A DNA stretch of 62,382 nt, the filler included, from Sphacelaria rigidula (lineage: Eukaryota): the NCBI GenBank assembly GCA_964200075.2. It is 6 parts of 6 records of this genome, joined end to end, with 100 filler letters (N's around TTAATTAATTAA, not from the genome) between each part and the next. Parts side by side here need not be neighbours in the genome. Positions count along the whole stretch, not along the records: positions 41,659 to 51,970 come from CAXNAA020006741.1; positions 52,071 to 62,382 come from CAXNAA020006742.1; 4 more parts are not named here. One strand, given 5' to 3'. Shown here one piece after another: positions 50,283 through 62,382 of the stretch (positions are counted from its first letter, which is position 1; each line of letters begins with the position of its first letter). The translations under genes were made by a program, and so were the position numbers. The notes below the pieces were generated by a model. The model was not told where the DNA came from, searched no databases, and saw nothing but the letters and a program-made list of their open reading frames with translations.

Positions 50283-50582
50283 CAGCTGGGTGTCGCAGAA
50301 CAAATCAGGCAGAGTCCAGGTTGACACCACCGACGAGTCAACAGAAATATACGGGTAGCCTCCGAACGTTGGTGCCGCGGCGCTGATGCCAGCACAGTCC
50401 GAACTCGCGCCAAGCACATGAGACTCCGGACCGCCGCCATTTCCGTCCGCCTGCCCAAGGTAACAAAGTTCCCTGCTGCCCCCGATCGTCGTCGAGCCCT
50501 CCGAGAATTCCAACGAACCAGGCTGGCGGTACGTGTCGAAAGGGGTTTGCGAGTCGCCGTCGCCGTTTTTGATACCCGGGCA
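50283..50582 (-). CDS. Putative exon of unknown Gly/Cys-containing protein (may belong to the adhesin-like gene)
   Basis: 300-bp open GC-rich frame CPGIKNGDGDSQTPFD...ELCYLGQADG...WTLPDLFCDTQL ending at a GTGAGC donor; acceptor position uncertain. Confidence 0.45.
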
Positions 50583-51027
50583 CTTTCGTCGATGGTGGTC
50601 AGCGGGGGGTTGGGGACGGAGCGTTCGTGAGTCCAGAGATCACTGGTCAGGTTCATGGTAATCTTCGATCAGGTTTCACGCATGAGCTGCTGAACAGTGT
50701 GCCCAGGGTTCAGCAATGTTCGACCACGGAGATCTTGATGGCTTATTTCACAGGTGGGACAAGTCATCTCATATAACTCATTGTCGTACAACCCAGCTGT
50801 TGAGATGTACTATATAACTCAGCGGAATCTATTTTTTCACCGGCAGAGCTATATTGTATAGCTCAGCGGTGCTATTTTCCACCAGCTGACTTATATGGTA
50901 CAACCCAGCGGTACCTTCTTCCACTGGATGGTTCATATCACAGAAATGATTTAACTCATCAGTTGTTCGACGTGTGGATTATTCTCATTGCTTGATTGTC
51001 GCACTTTAATAGACCCCACAGGGATCC

Positions 51028-51100
51028 CGCTCTCGAAAGGAATGCGTGGTGAATGGTCAAACGACTAAGGCAAGCAACAAATGAGTACGCCCCCCCCCCG
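51028..51100 (+). mobile_element. Family A poly(C) retroposon tail inserted into an RTE 3' tail
   Basis: Ends GCAAGCAACAAATGAGTACG-C10; TSD CAGGGATCC at 51019-51027 and 51103-51111, each preceded by Cs. Confidence 0.82.
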
Positions 51101-54100
51101 CCCAGGGATCCAGCCGTGATCACATGGTATGTCTTGAGAAAAGCGAATGCCTGTTGGGAAAAAGAACAAGGAGGAGGGGGGGCCTTCAACGCAGGGAGTA
51201 AATATTTGGGTTGATTCATGGCGTGCATTGCAGTGGCGAGGGAGAAAGTAGCCTCAAAAACAAATATTTTTCGAGTGTAACGAACAGTACCAGTTACGTG
51301 TGCTCCGGATCCACCCGTTATCACCCATTTTGCTTTCTTGGATGATGGCTAACAGTGATGAATTCTAGTTTGAACGAAGGGGCGGTTGCGTGCAGATTGA
51401 TCTCTCGCCATGGAGACGATCTGCCGTCTACCCGATGCAGGTAGCCACCGCTGTACGTGTTCCGTTTGGCGTGTTTGATGTGAAGTGAACGGCCGGAAAT
51501 ATTGTACATAAAGTACGCACTAGTGCTGCTTGCGGCGATCGAAGCAACGTTGCAGCCTGACTCCATCAGCCCGCTCCCATCCGTGCGAGAGTAGGCCTCC
51601 CTTCTCCCTTCCCTCCCCCCCCCCTCCTTTCCCGCCCCGGGCGAAACAGGGAGGTGATAATATATTTGGAGGGTTTTGTGTGATGCATGGAGGGAACGTA
51701 ATGAATGCCCAAATATGGGAGGCGCCTTTGTCAGGGGTAGGAACGGTGCTTCGTCTCGAAATAAATGCGTGGTCAGTGGGTAAATGGCCGGGGACAGCAG
51801 AAAATGAGCATCCCAGACCCCCATGCCTAGCGCTCCGTATCGAAAGGGATGCATGGTCGATGGTCAAACGACTCAGGTAAACAGCGAATGAGTACGCCAT
51901 GGATAGTCTCCTTTGCGCACAAACTAATGCTTTTCTTGGGCCACTATCGATTGTATCGTCATAAAGCGCANNNNNNNNNNNNNNNNNNNNNNNNNNNNNN
52001 NNNNNNNNNNNNNNTTAATTAATTAANNNNNNNNNNNNNNNNNNNNNNNNNNNNNNNNNNNNNNNNNNNNCGAAAGCTTGAAAATCCATCCGGACCCAAC
52101 TGCATCAAAACAAGAAATTTTCACTTGACTCAATTCCACCGCTCGTTTTTTCGATCGAAAAAAAAAGTGCTAAGACACGCCCTTACTAAACCCCATACAT
52201 GAATGAAAAAATGAAGAATTAAAATGAAAATTGAAAATAACAGTACTTGAAGAATAAAAAAAACTCTTCATGAAGCTTGGATTCTTCGCACACCTTCGAA
52301 GCCAAGGCCGACTCATATTTGAAAGTTTCGCCAATAGATTGCACATCACACTTCCACGACAATAACAAGAATAGACAAATACCACAATGCTCTGCAATGC
52401 TTGCTCAATCAAGCTAAACGCATCCATCTCCACCGCCAATGTGCGTCCAAGGTGCGTCGCATCTTGTGGTGACAGATGGGGCCAACAATCATGGGCGCTA
52501 CCTCACCCAAGTCGCCCCAAAATGGCTACTTATTGAGTGTTTCTTAATGTAGAAAAAAAAACTACGACCGCCGGAGGGGGGGCGTAGTAGGGGGGGGGGG
52601 GGGGGGGGGGGGGGGGGTACATAGGGTCCCGGAGTTTTTTTGGCCACCCCTGAAGCGGTGCTTGTTTACTCGTATTTACACTGACAGACAGAACAGACAG
52701 TTCAGGCAGTACAGTATCGATGTGGAAAAGAATCGGGCAGCGAGACATGCAGACAACAGAGCTGTCTATCATACAGGAGGATGTGAAGATGCTTCGAATC
52801 GCGTGCAGTTTTGCACTGCCTCTACTTTCCATGATCGTGTTCGCAATTCGGCCGCCCACTCCAACACGCAACTCCGTCCGTGGACCCCACCACAAAAGTA
52901 GATGCCCTGGTTTTCTCCAACTAAAAAGAAACGCATCAAGCCAAGGGGGTGGTGGTGTTGCTTCCCCATCACTGCAGCGCATGTATCCCTATGCTCAGTT
53001 CGTGATCTATGCTGCAGGATTGAGCTGGTAGGTGCGAATGAACCATCTAGGTTTTGCATAGTTCTCTGTAACGTAAGACTCATGTGCCCCTTTGTTCATT
53101 TCCGCCGCTCGGTTCGCTCGAAGGAGCTGAGCTCTTCTGTTTTGACCCTGCCCGTCGCGCGCCAATAATTATAAAATGCACTTGGAGCCATCTGAAAACA
53201 TAAATGGGGTGGACGTTTCAGATACGGCCTCGTAACGATCAACTCGATTCGACCGCATGCTTTCGAGTCGAAATTGATTTGACAAGATACGGCCTTAGAG
53301 CCAGTTCTCTTGGTTTAAATCAAAAGCCGCATGATAATGTCTAACACTGTCCTCCGGCAAGAGGACCCGGAAATTGAAATACAAACACCTAGCCCCCTGG
53401 AGTTGGCGCTTGGTTGTTTCCCTTTATGGTAGAGGAGTGGGGGCAAGGGAGGGGAGGGGATCCGGAGTTTCATTAAGCGAATGCTGTGCTGCTTGCTGAT
53501 GATGGTATCCGGAGCCAGGTTGTAGAGAACCCTTATCACATTCTTACGCGCTGGTCGACGGTGGAGGAATTGACGGAGGTACGAATAGTAGATTGTTCCC
53601 ATCGAGAGTGGATCTTCTCTGAACCTCGAAGTATTCTGCGCGTGCTACCTATATCTTGTGAGATCGAGAAGGAATGGGATAGCCGAACCCGGGAATGACT
53701 CAACAAACTACGAACCCCGACGACCAATTGGCGGGTTTTGAATCCTCCCCACGGGCCATAGTTGACGGCAAGGTGCGGTGCTGTATCCGACTGGTTCGGA
53801 ATGGATGTAAAAATGTGCCAATATCAATCGAATGACTGAGTCAGACCAGTCACTTTAGCCACCAAGAGCGGGCAGATGGCGACGATCACTCATTCGCGGG
53901 TCCTTTGGTTTTCCCACTTTTTCCCTTTTTTTTTCATTTCATCGTAACCCTTCCCCTTCCTCGAAGTTTGAAAGGGTCAGTCTATCTCTTCTCCCGGTAC
54001 TTGCTCGGCCATTTTTTAAGGGAGATTGGGCCATGACGATCAGCACTTCTGCACCCCGTCCACTTTCGTCGAGTTTATTGCGAACGCACACCTCACGCTT

Positions 54101-54893
54101 TCCACGATGGAAAGCGGTGAAATAAATCAGGGCTTTCCTCAAAACCGGCTCTTCGGAAATGATTATCCGGTATGGTGGTTGATTTTCACCGTATTAGTGC
54201 GGCACACGGTACTGTGCCTGGACTGGGAGATATGCTACCCCTCATCTTCGGTAACACTTTTCACTTTTTTCGCGAAAAATGTGAACATATTAATGTACTG
54301 GGGGGGGGCATTCAATACCCTGTCCGTGGCATCGTGTGGACCACGCATACCTGCGAGTCACACTTCATAACAGATGCGGCGTCCCACACGGGAGTTATAC
54401 GTGCACCGCGGCACCTGTAGTTCACGGTACGTACGGCACGGTAAGGATGGTCTACGGTACACACGGCAAGGTACCAGCGAATCTTGGTGCAGTGATACAC
54501 GGTAATGGATTAATCATTTCGCGATACCGTGGTGCGTTGCTGGTGATCGGTTGCTACTTATTGTCTGTCGCAGTTTAACTGACCCCCCCAGGGATCCAGC
54601 CGTGGTCACATGATGGACGTACCCGAGACAAGACGAAATTAAAACACTCGCCCAAGAAGAAATATGAAACAGCAAAGGTGGAACAGAACAACAGAGTAGG
54701 CTACGAAAAGAAAAAAGGGAAGGGACAAAAGGAGTGATAACAGAAAAAAATGGAAGAAGATTTGATGGCCGGTTTCTGCCACATGGCTTCGGTGGAAAAG
54801 GTCTTGCGCCGAACCACACCCATATCCAGTCGCAGAAAACAAGAGGCCGTGGGGGACGATCGCAGCTCATCTACACGACCGCACTAAAGCGCC

Positions 54894-55230
54894 GGTCGCC
54901 CCGGTGGCTCAGTTGGTAACCTCGAAATCTTCTGACGATCGGCAAACCTCGGAGTGATCTCGGATTTTTGCTCACACCATGCCCAACAGTGGAGAGCGAG
55001 TTTGTCGTGGGTACACAAAATTCGACTTGATGGTCGACGAGGGAAAGGGACTGCTGGACTCCTCTCGCGATAAAAAATAAAGGCAAGCACTGCAGAAGGA
55101 AGGTGGGGTACTACAAAACAAATAGAAGAGAAAAAAAAGCTCCTGTGTTGACCTTCTTCCTGTGTGACCCCGGCTGATGCGCCCACATATACCGAAAGGT
55201 GTAGACCGGCGTCCAGAAAAGATGGGACGA
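54894..55230 (+). mobile_element. tRNA-derived SINE, second copy (B-box decayed)
   Basis: GGTCGCCCCGGTGGCTCAGTTGGTAACCTCG start; collinear with 12767-13110. Confidence 0.8.
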
Positions 55231-56067
55231 TAACACTATTCGGGGTATCAACCACCTCATCCATGGACAAACGCTGGGCTCAGCATGTTTGTGGGGGAAA
55301 ACGGTTAAATTTACATATGCCGCAATAAGCCGCTGAAAAATTACAGCGGAAAAGTGCCAAGGGAAGCCCTGAAGATAAATAACGACTACACTGTCCGGAA
55401 TCAAACCCAATACTTCTACTCCGCCTAAACTCGGCGATGATGTTTCACTTTGACCGCCGGGGCGTCCTTGTGTGCTTGAGTGGCCTACCGGTGGCTGGAA
55501 GGATGGTAAAATACGAGTTTTCGGCGAGCGCGAGATGATCAAGATGAAGTAATTTTTTGCGCAAACAGACTGCCGGGTTTGATTGCTGCATAATTTATCC
55601 GCTTGCGCTCAAGGTTCTGCCAGCGAATAGGTGCCTCGCGTTGTTATTGCATGAGCGATGATTCCCTATTAACAACCCCAAAAAACTGCACGTCACGGTC
55701 AGCCACTTCGACAGGATCTCGCGGTCAAAGACGACGGCTTTCAGTCCCAAGGCGAGCCGGCGCAAACAACAAACACTGAAACCTCGCCCGAGCTAAAAAC
55801 CTGGGTTTCATGCCTCCTTCTCCCTCCTCCCTCGAAGTATTTCTTGTGTCGCGTACGCTGGTCATCATCGAGAGGTCGAATTTTGGCCCCTGAACTTTTC
55901 TATCCATGAATACATGCCGCAATGTTTTGCCCAAAACGTTGCTCGAAACTTTGTGTCTGAGGTATATGCTTGTGCAGTATATGTCATACTATTATCAATC
56001 AGGCAAACCAAAGGGAGTACTCAAATCCTATGTTCAACTTCCATGGCCGATAAGGCAAGCCCTGGCT

Positions 56068-56121
<54 letters not shown>

Positions 56122-56521
56122 NNNNNNNNNNAAACACAAGGAGGTCTACACTCCTCTTTTCAACTTCCCCCGCCCAAAAGGGGAGCCCCCGCGCCCCCCC
56201 CCCCCCCCCCCCTCTCCTTGCCCCTCCCTCCCGCCCGCTGTCGAGGAGGCTCCCGTCGACGGGAGAAGTTCACTGGACAATGGATTCCTTTGTCCAAAAG
56301 TGTATAGCGTAGAGTATCGACTATTGGGTGTATCGCAACAGACGAGAGATTCCACACTGTGCGCAGTACATTTCTTGACAATGAAACCTATTGCCCGGAG
56401 TATGGAGAAGTTGAGTGCTCAATAATTACGTACTGCGTAGTGTTTTCAGACTTTTTTTGTACGTGTTCGAACGCATCGTTACACTGAGCCACGACCGTGC
56501 GTATTTAGCGGGATAATTTGT

Positions 56522-57966
56522 CACACGTAGGACAGCTCATGAGATTAGCTCATCTGCGGGCGGTAGCTCACTTGCAGTCAAGCATGTACATGTGAGCTAC
56601 GTCTGATAGCTCAACACAAGGTAAACGTGCGCTGATGAACTACGAGTTGGTAGCTCACCCACAATAAACATGCGTAGCTCATGCAGCTCTCATAGTTCAC
56701 CCATGGCGAGTATGAGCCAGTGAGCTACGGGTTGGTAGCTCACCCAGGGCAAACATGCGTAGCTCATATAGCTCTCATAGCTCACCCAGGGCGATTCTGA
56801 GCTGATGAGCTACGGGTTGGTGGCTCACCTATCGCAAACGTGCGTAGCTGATACAGCTCCTATAGCTCACCCAGGACGAATATAAGCTGATGAGCTACGG
56901 GTTGGTAGCTCACCCAGAGCAAACATGCGTAGCTCATGTAGCTCTCATAGCTTACCCAGGGAAAACATCTGCGGATGAGCTACGCTCGATAGATCACCCA
57001 AGGCAAACATGTGTAGCTCATGCAGCTCTTGCAGCTCACCCGGGGAAAACATGAGCGGATGAGCTACACCCGGTAGCTCACCCCAGGGACACATGGTCGT
57101 GGCTCGCTCACGTCATATGCCTAGCTCGCCGCTGGCCAACCCGGTGTCGCTTATGATGTAACATTCTTGTTCGAACGGATGGCGCAACGTATCATGAGGT
57201 TGTGATGTTTTGCCTCACTCTACGCGGTAGGAAGAAAATAAGTCAACACATATCCTCGTTCACTTGGTCGGATGATTAGAACAAATATTAGTATTCAGTG
57301 TCTACAATAATCGACCGATTCATTTCTTTTGATCGGTTGACCGCGAGGGTACGAGTCCATCTGGTATACGTTTTTCAAGTGAGATTGGAGCCGATTGAAT
57401 AGATGGCTTATGCTCGCCGTCAATGGGTTAGCCCTTTGACCGCGCGGGTTAGCGATCTGATGAATCAGCATATTGCATTTTATTTTTCGGGTGTGAATGA
57501 TACCATTTCAAAGACCTCCTGCCCTCGCGGTCAAAGGGATAAGCAATCGTAGCTCTCTAGCTCACCCAGGGCAAGCATGTGTAGCTCATACATCTTTCAT
57601 AGCTCATCCGGGGCAAACATGCGTAGCTCATGCAGCTCTCATAGCTCACCCAGGGCGAATATGAGCTGATGAGCTACAGGTAGACAGCTCACCCAGAACA
57701 AACATGCGCTGCTCATGTAGCTCTCATAGCTCACCCAGGACGATTCTGAGCTGATGTGCTACGGGTTGGTAGCTCACCTATCGCAAACATGCGTAGCTCA
57801 TACAGCTCCCATAGCTCACCCAGGACGAATTTGAGCTGATGAGCTACGGGTTGGTAGCTCACCGAGGGCAAACATGCGTAGCTCATGTAGCTCTCGTAGC
57901 TCACTTGGGAGCTATGCTCTAAAAGAGCTAGCTCGAGCTATAGGGAGCTGATCTGTCCGACGTGTG
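56522..57966. mobile_element. TIR element with two arrays of an 85-bp AGCT-rich tandem repeat
   Basis: TIR CACACGTAGGACAG / CTGTCCGACGTGTG; TGAGCTACGGGTTGG at 56721, 56806, 56891 (85-bp period); second array 57550-57905. Confidence 0.8.
57432..57538. mobile_element. Small piggyBac-like MITE
   Basis: CCCTTTGACCGCG / CGCGGTCAAAGGG with TTAG and ATAA flanks (each one change from TTAA). Confidence 0.6.
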
Positions 57967-58743
57967 TAATCTTTCATCCGGCTTTCCACATGAAGTGCGC
58001 GGGATTCAATTATTTGACGCGCTCGAGAGGTTTTGTTTGATTTGTTGCTGTATTAGGTGTACCCGAGGACTCGTCCTGTATTACTACACGTGTAGCCTAA
58101 GTAGCAGGGTGAAATATGCAGTGAAAAACACTCTTGTCGCCTGTTCACCGTTCACTGAGGTGAAAAGAAGGTAGGCGGAGCCGTGAGGAGTTCGGAGCAC
58201 GAGCGCAATCAACCCTATGCCCGTCAAACAGAGTTTTCCCTGTTCATTGTAATATTTTCAAGCAACTCTCATACATGTGTACCAATCAATGCAATTGTCC
58301 ATGTGGCTCGATTCTCCCATACGAATACTTCTCCAGCATTTTGAAGATCCGAAAATCTTGGCAGTTACCGAGAGACTAAATGTAACCTGCGTCGCTTTGC
58401 TGCCGCTGGTATGTCGTGTGTTCGTCCTTGTTTGTTTCCTGCTCAGCAAGCGCACAGCATGCCGCGCCCCTCCGTGTCTTGATCTTTTTCCATAAATGCT
58501 GCCTGAGCGTCGCCGTTTCACTCCTGCCCCGCCCTCCTTGCATCATTTCTTACCTGCACCGTACACCACGTACTGACTGACTGACCTCCTTGCTTACCAT
58601 GTGTCTCTGCCTCCTTCTACTCTTTCCGTCATTTCCCCCACGCGTGAAATCTTCTCGCTTGGACACGCTCGCCTGGATCCGGATGGGGGCGGCGGTGGGA
58701 CCATGACTCCACTCATCGGGGGCGCGGGGATTTGTTTCCCTAG

Positions 58744-58885
58744 TGGTGTCCGAGCGGTGGTGATAAATGTCAAGGGTGAAGTACAATTCGACTCTTCCTT
58801 GTCTTGGGCGATGCCGGACGACCCTGACGAGTGGCTTCGAGCGGCGGAGACGCTCATGGGGGACATCCCGCTGGCCTTGAGAAAG
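58744..58885 (+). CDS. Putative exon of an unidentified gene
   Basis: CCTAG acceptor, GTGAGG donor, GC-rich frame GVRAVVINVKGEVQFDSSLSWAMPDDPDEWLRAAETLMGDIPLALR; linkage to other exons unresolved. Confidence 0.4.
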
Positions 58886-59929
58886 TGAGGGAGATTGAGG
58901 AGACACAAGATTTTGCGCACCCAAGGGTCACGACGAAGCAGGGGAAGATGTCGGTGATTTGCTAGTTGGGACCCCTGCTTCTCTTTTTGCGTTTCGGCTT
59001 TTTCTAGCACTGTAACCGTCGATACTCCCCCCCCCTCCCTCCTTCTGGTTCTGTAAAAGTAGAGGAATAAGAAAATGTGGCGTGCATTCCTGAAGCTTTT
59101 CCCATATTTCGAGAGTGCTAACAATAAACTGCAATACTCTCTTTTTTCTCGTGATATTTTGCAGGTCAGAACTGGGTTGCTTACTCTTGAACACACACAC
59201 ACGCGCTGACCAACTAGAGTAAAATTACGGTTCATACATTATTGTTGTTTACTCAAACGCATGTTGCCGGTAGAGGCCCGATCACTACGAAAACTGAAAT
59301 TCGGGTCAGGTCAGCCCTGAGTTTCTAATCTGATGCAAAGGCCTACTGCATTCAACTTACTGCGGCGCTCGTCGCTGAGGCTTTACTGCCTTCTTACTTC
59401 GTTGGAAATCTCAGGTTGATTTCCTCACACGTCGTTCCTAATAGGTGGGTCGCTACGGTACTGTACGGCACTGTACATCCGGTGGCAGTACCCCACTCCT
59501 CTCGTGTACTTATGGCGGGTATGCCATGTGACGTTCAGGTCGGAGAGGCGAGGCTGTGGTACTTCCGTGTACCTTGTAGGATGAACACTGGAGACACACC
59601 AAAACCATATTTACTCATTTACTCGTACGAGAGGAGCACCTCACTACCGAAGCAGGTGACCCATTCTTTTTCAACTTTTAAGTATACAAACGAGCGTCTT
59701 GCTGTCCACGAAAAAACCGCGCCCCCGGATGGATAGTTCACAGCAAGAATCGACCGGTATTTCAACGCAGAAGCGACCCGCATGTTCTCTCGCGGGGTTG
59801 GCGTCGGTTGGCAGCAACGACGCTGTAAAACGCGCCACCCACTGCGTAAGCTGGGCAACCAGGATACCGATGTTTTTGGCGCGCGCTTGCGTCTTATTTG
59901 CGGTAACAATGATGGTGGTCGAGCTAGAC

Positions 59930-60730
59930 CATGCTGTGCGAGGTAGGAGGACCTCAATTCCGCGCAAAGGCTCAATTCCGCGCAAAGGGGATGATCATAC
60001 TACGTAGCGTTCACATGGTGAGACGCGCCCATGAGGCAGTGTGTGTAAGCCGTAGCTGTCTGTGGAAGTGGGTGGCGATACGAGAAAGATGAAGTATCTC
60101 ATTGGAGGCCGTCATCCAAATGCAAGATGATCAACACGCTTCGGGATGAACAATTATGCAGGATGTAGCTCATCCTTCATGCGACTCGTCGAACACATCA
60201 CGGCGCTCCTCGCTTGGTGATATATTTGCGAGCCTGGGTCGAAAACCCTGCGTGTTCCGTCCCAGTTTTGTGGGGATGTGGGGTCAAAGGTCATATTTGA
60301 CTACGGATTGCAATATTATGAGTATATCCCTCCCTCCCCCTGCTCCTAAGCTAGATCATACTGTACGGCGTGGAAAGCCCGAACTCCGCTCAAAGGGAAG
60401 GATTGTACTACGTGGTGTTAAAATGGTGAGACACCCATGAGGCAGTGTCGAAGCCGCGATTGTTTCTGGACGTGGCAAGAACAGGCAATGAAGCAACTCA
60501 TTGGAGGCTGTCATCCATATGCAAGACGAAAATTACGCTTCGGGCAGAACAATGTTAACAGGATGCAGCTCACCCTTCACGCGACTCGCCGAGCACATGA
60601 CGGCGCTCTGCACTTGGTGATGAGTGCGAGCCTGGTCCGGCGAAAACCCGACGTGCTCCGTCCCGGCTTTGTAGGGATGCGAGGTCAATGGTCATATGAC
60701 TGCGGCATGCATGATCGTGAGTACCCCCCC
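59930..60730 (+). mobile_element. Two tandem copies of retroposon family B, each ending GAGTA-C-rich tail
   Basis: ~59930-60339 and ~60345-60730 are collinear. Fragments at 10190-10315, 41435-41558, 1-25, 27339-27391 (-), 28915-29040 (-), 61778-61830 (-). Confidence 0.75.
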
Positions 60731-61250
60731 TCCGCTTCCTGCTCTCCTCGTCTAACTCCGACCAGACGAATGTCACGGGTGTGTGTGAGCGGGACTTCGG
60801 CGTCGTGCCTACTTGTGGATGCCTATGATCCTACGCGGGTGAGTGCATAGTGTTCGCACCTACCGCGACATGTACGAGTAGATGAGCAGAAGAAACGCCG
60901 CACAAAATATTTTGCCGACAGTCATCATCCAGGTATGACCTTCACCCGTGACCAATAGACCAATGAATACGCACCCCTTTCAATAGCTCAATTTCCCCGT
61001 ATACATGTTTATACTTCGTGTAGTCGAAACGGCACAGAGGACTGCTCCTGCGGTGTACCTTCAAATACCACGCTGGTTTTGCGTCATGTTCCGTGGACTC
61101 GTGGGACACTGTGTCCCCCCAAGCGCTCATGTATGCGCGTCCTATTGAATTGGCCTTTTCTTTCCTTGCTGTTTGTTTAAACCCCCATTTCCTCCCGTTC
61201 CTCTGGATAAGTACGTAGTCTTCAGGAATCATCCCATCTCTCTCTATACA

Positions 61251-61275
61251 TATATATATATATATATATATATAT
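61251..61275. repeat. (TA)n microsatellite
   Basis: Directly visible. Confidence 0.9.
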
Positions 61276-62199
61276 CGGTACCCGCCAGCCGTTTTGTGTC
61301 GAGGAGTAGATGATGATTATCAGCAATTCCTGCACCACCTCGTTGATTCTCCTCGAATTATTCCGCCAATTTGCGTCCCCACGTGTTTCACCGACGGAGA
61401 CCAACCAGACGCTCTTGCCACGAAAGACCACATCTGTCGGTATTCGAGATTCGCAGCTTTCCGCTCTGACTGTCTGACTATATTGGTGAATGTGGCAGTC
61501 AGCCACCGTTGGGGCGTGGCGGTCCATGCTGACTGTCACAAAGAGAAATTGCTGCCAGAACATGGTTGTCCATCGTCGAGTGTTGGAAGGGACGAGTCAC
61601 CTGAAGAATGTATTTCACCTGGAGTCTTGGTACACACCTGTGCGTAGTACGCGCGAACAGCAGCGGAGCCTCGATCAGGAGTACCTACTACCCAACGCCT
61701 GCAACCCATCTTGATCCACCCACCTGTGGATACTGTCATACCCTGTGTACAATGCCGGGAGAGTGCACTCATGACCTTGCATGCCGTACTCATGAGACCA
61801 TTGACCTACCATCCCTATACAGTTGGGATATAGCACGCCGGGTTCTCGTGGGACCAGGCTTGCAATCACCGAGCACGAAGCGCCGTAGTGTGTTCGATAC
61901 AATGCCCAGGCGGGGGGGTTACGGTCAAGTAACTAACTCACTGTTGAGGACTCATCATCCCTGACTTGGTGTGTTGACGAGAAGACCAAAACTTTTCCCG
62001 TCTCCATGAAGTAAAATGCTCAAGGGCATGGATCTACAAAAGCACCATGCCAATATTTTTGTTACTCTGATGTTTTTGAGGACCCGAGGATCTTCTTGGC
62101 ACCCATGATTTGGCAGTTCGTTCAAGCCTCAAAATCACCGAAAACACCGAGGCCCTGTGCCCACTCCACTCCCCCTCCCCCTACGGGGGAGAAACCGAT

Positions 62200-62382
62200 G
62201 GCTATACTAAGAGATAGATGGTGGCCACAGACGGCGAAACAGGACAGGGATAAGATATGTAAAAGGTTTTTGTGTAATGTATGGAAGAAACGTAATGGGC
62301 GCCGGAATGTTGAAGGTGTCTCTATCAGGAGTAGGAACGGTGCTCCGTCTCGAAAGGGGTGCGTGGTCAATGGTCACACGAC
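62200..62382 (+). mobile_element. Family A retroposon fragment running off the contig end
   Basis: GATAGATGGTGGCCACAGACGGCG...AGGAGTAGGAACGGTGCTCCGTCTCGAAAGGG...GGTCAATGGTC, homologous to 2616-2986. Confidence 0.8.

Noticed and set aside
56630..57905. 85-bp repeats as CRISPR-like array
   Set aside because: Whole unit repeats with no variable spacer; bounded by TIRs.
60942..61650. Minus-strand ORFs of 96-113 aa
   Set aside because: No recognisable motif or consistent splice structure; cannot support a call.

Overview
Repeat-rich, intron-containing eukaryotic DNA, most likely from a brown alga or related stramenopile (inferred from gene style, long introns and gene families; not verified). 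The window is not one locus. It is six contigs of 10315, 10315, 10314, 10314, 10312 and 10312 bp joined by identical 100-bp N/TTAATTAATTAA linkers, so adjacency across linkers is artificial. Host gene fragments with GT-AG-bounded, phase-consistent exons: a Deg/HtrA serine protease (minus strand, contig 1), a nucleotide-diphospho-sugar transferase (GT77-like, contig 2), a CAMK/SNF1-like kinase with a basic activation-loop insert and a ~1070-aa low-complexity tail (contig 3), and a probable beta-rich adhesin-like gene (contig 5). The rest is mostly transposon debris: a decayed RTE-like LINE, a Copia 5' end plus an inverted LTR copy, tRNA-derived SINEs, a hAT-type element with a perfect 8-bp TSD, several nested MITE families, an 85-bp-repeat TIR element and a disabled OTU protease domain. 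The most unusual signal is a pair of related retroposon 3' ends that finish in poly(C) rather than poly(A) and repeatedly sit in C/G runs with target-site duplications. All family assignments come from motif recognition by eye; no database searches were run.
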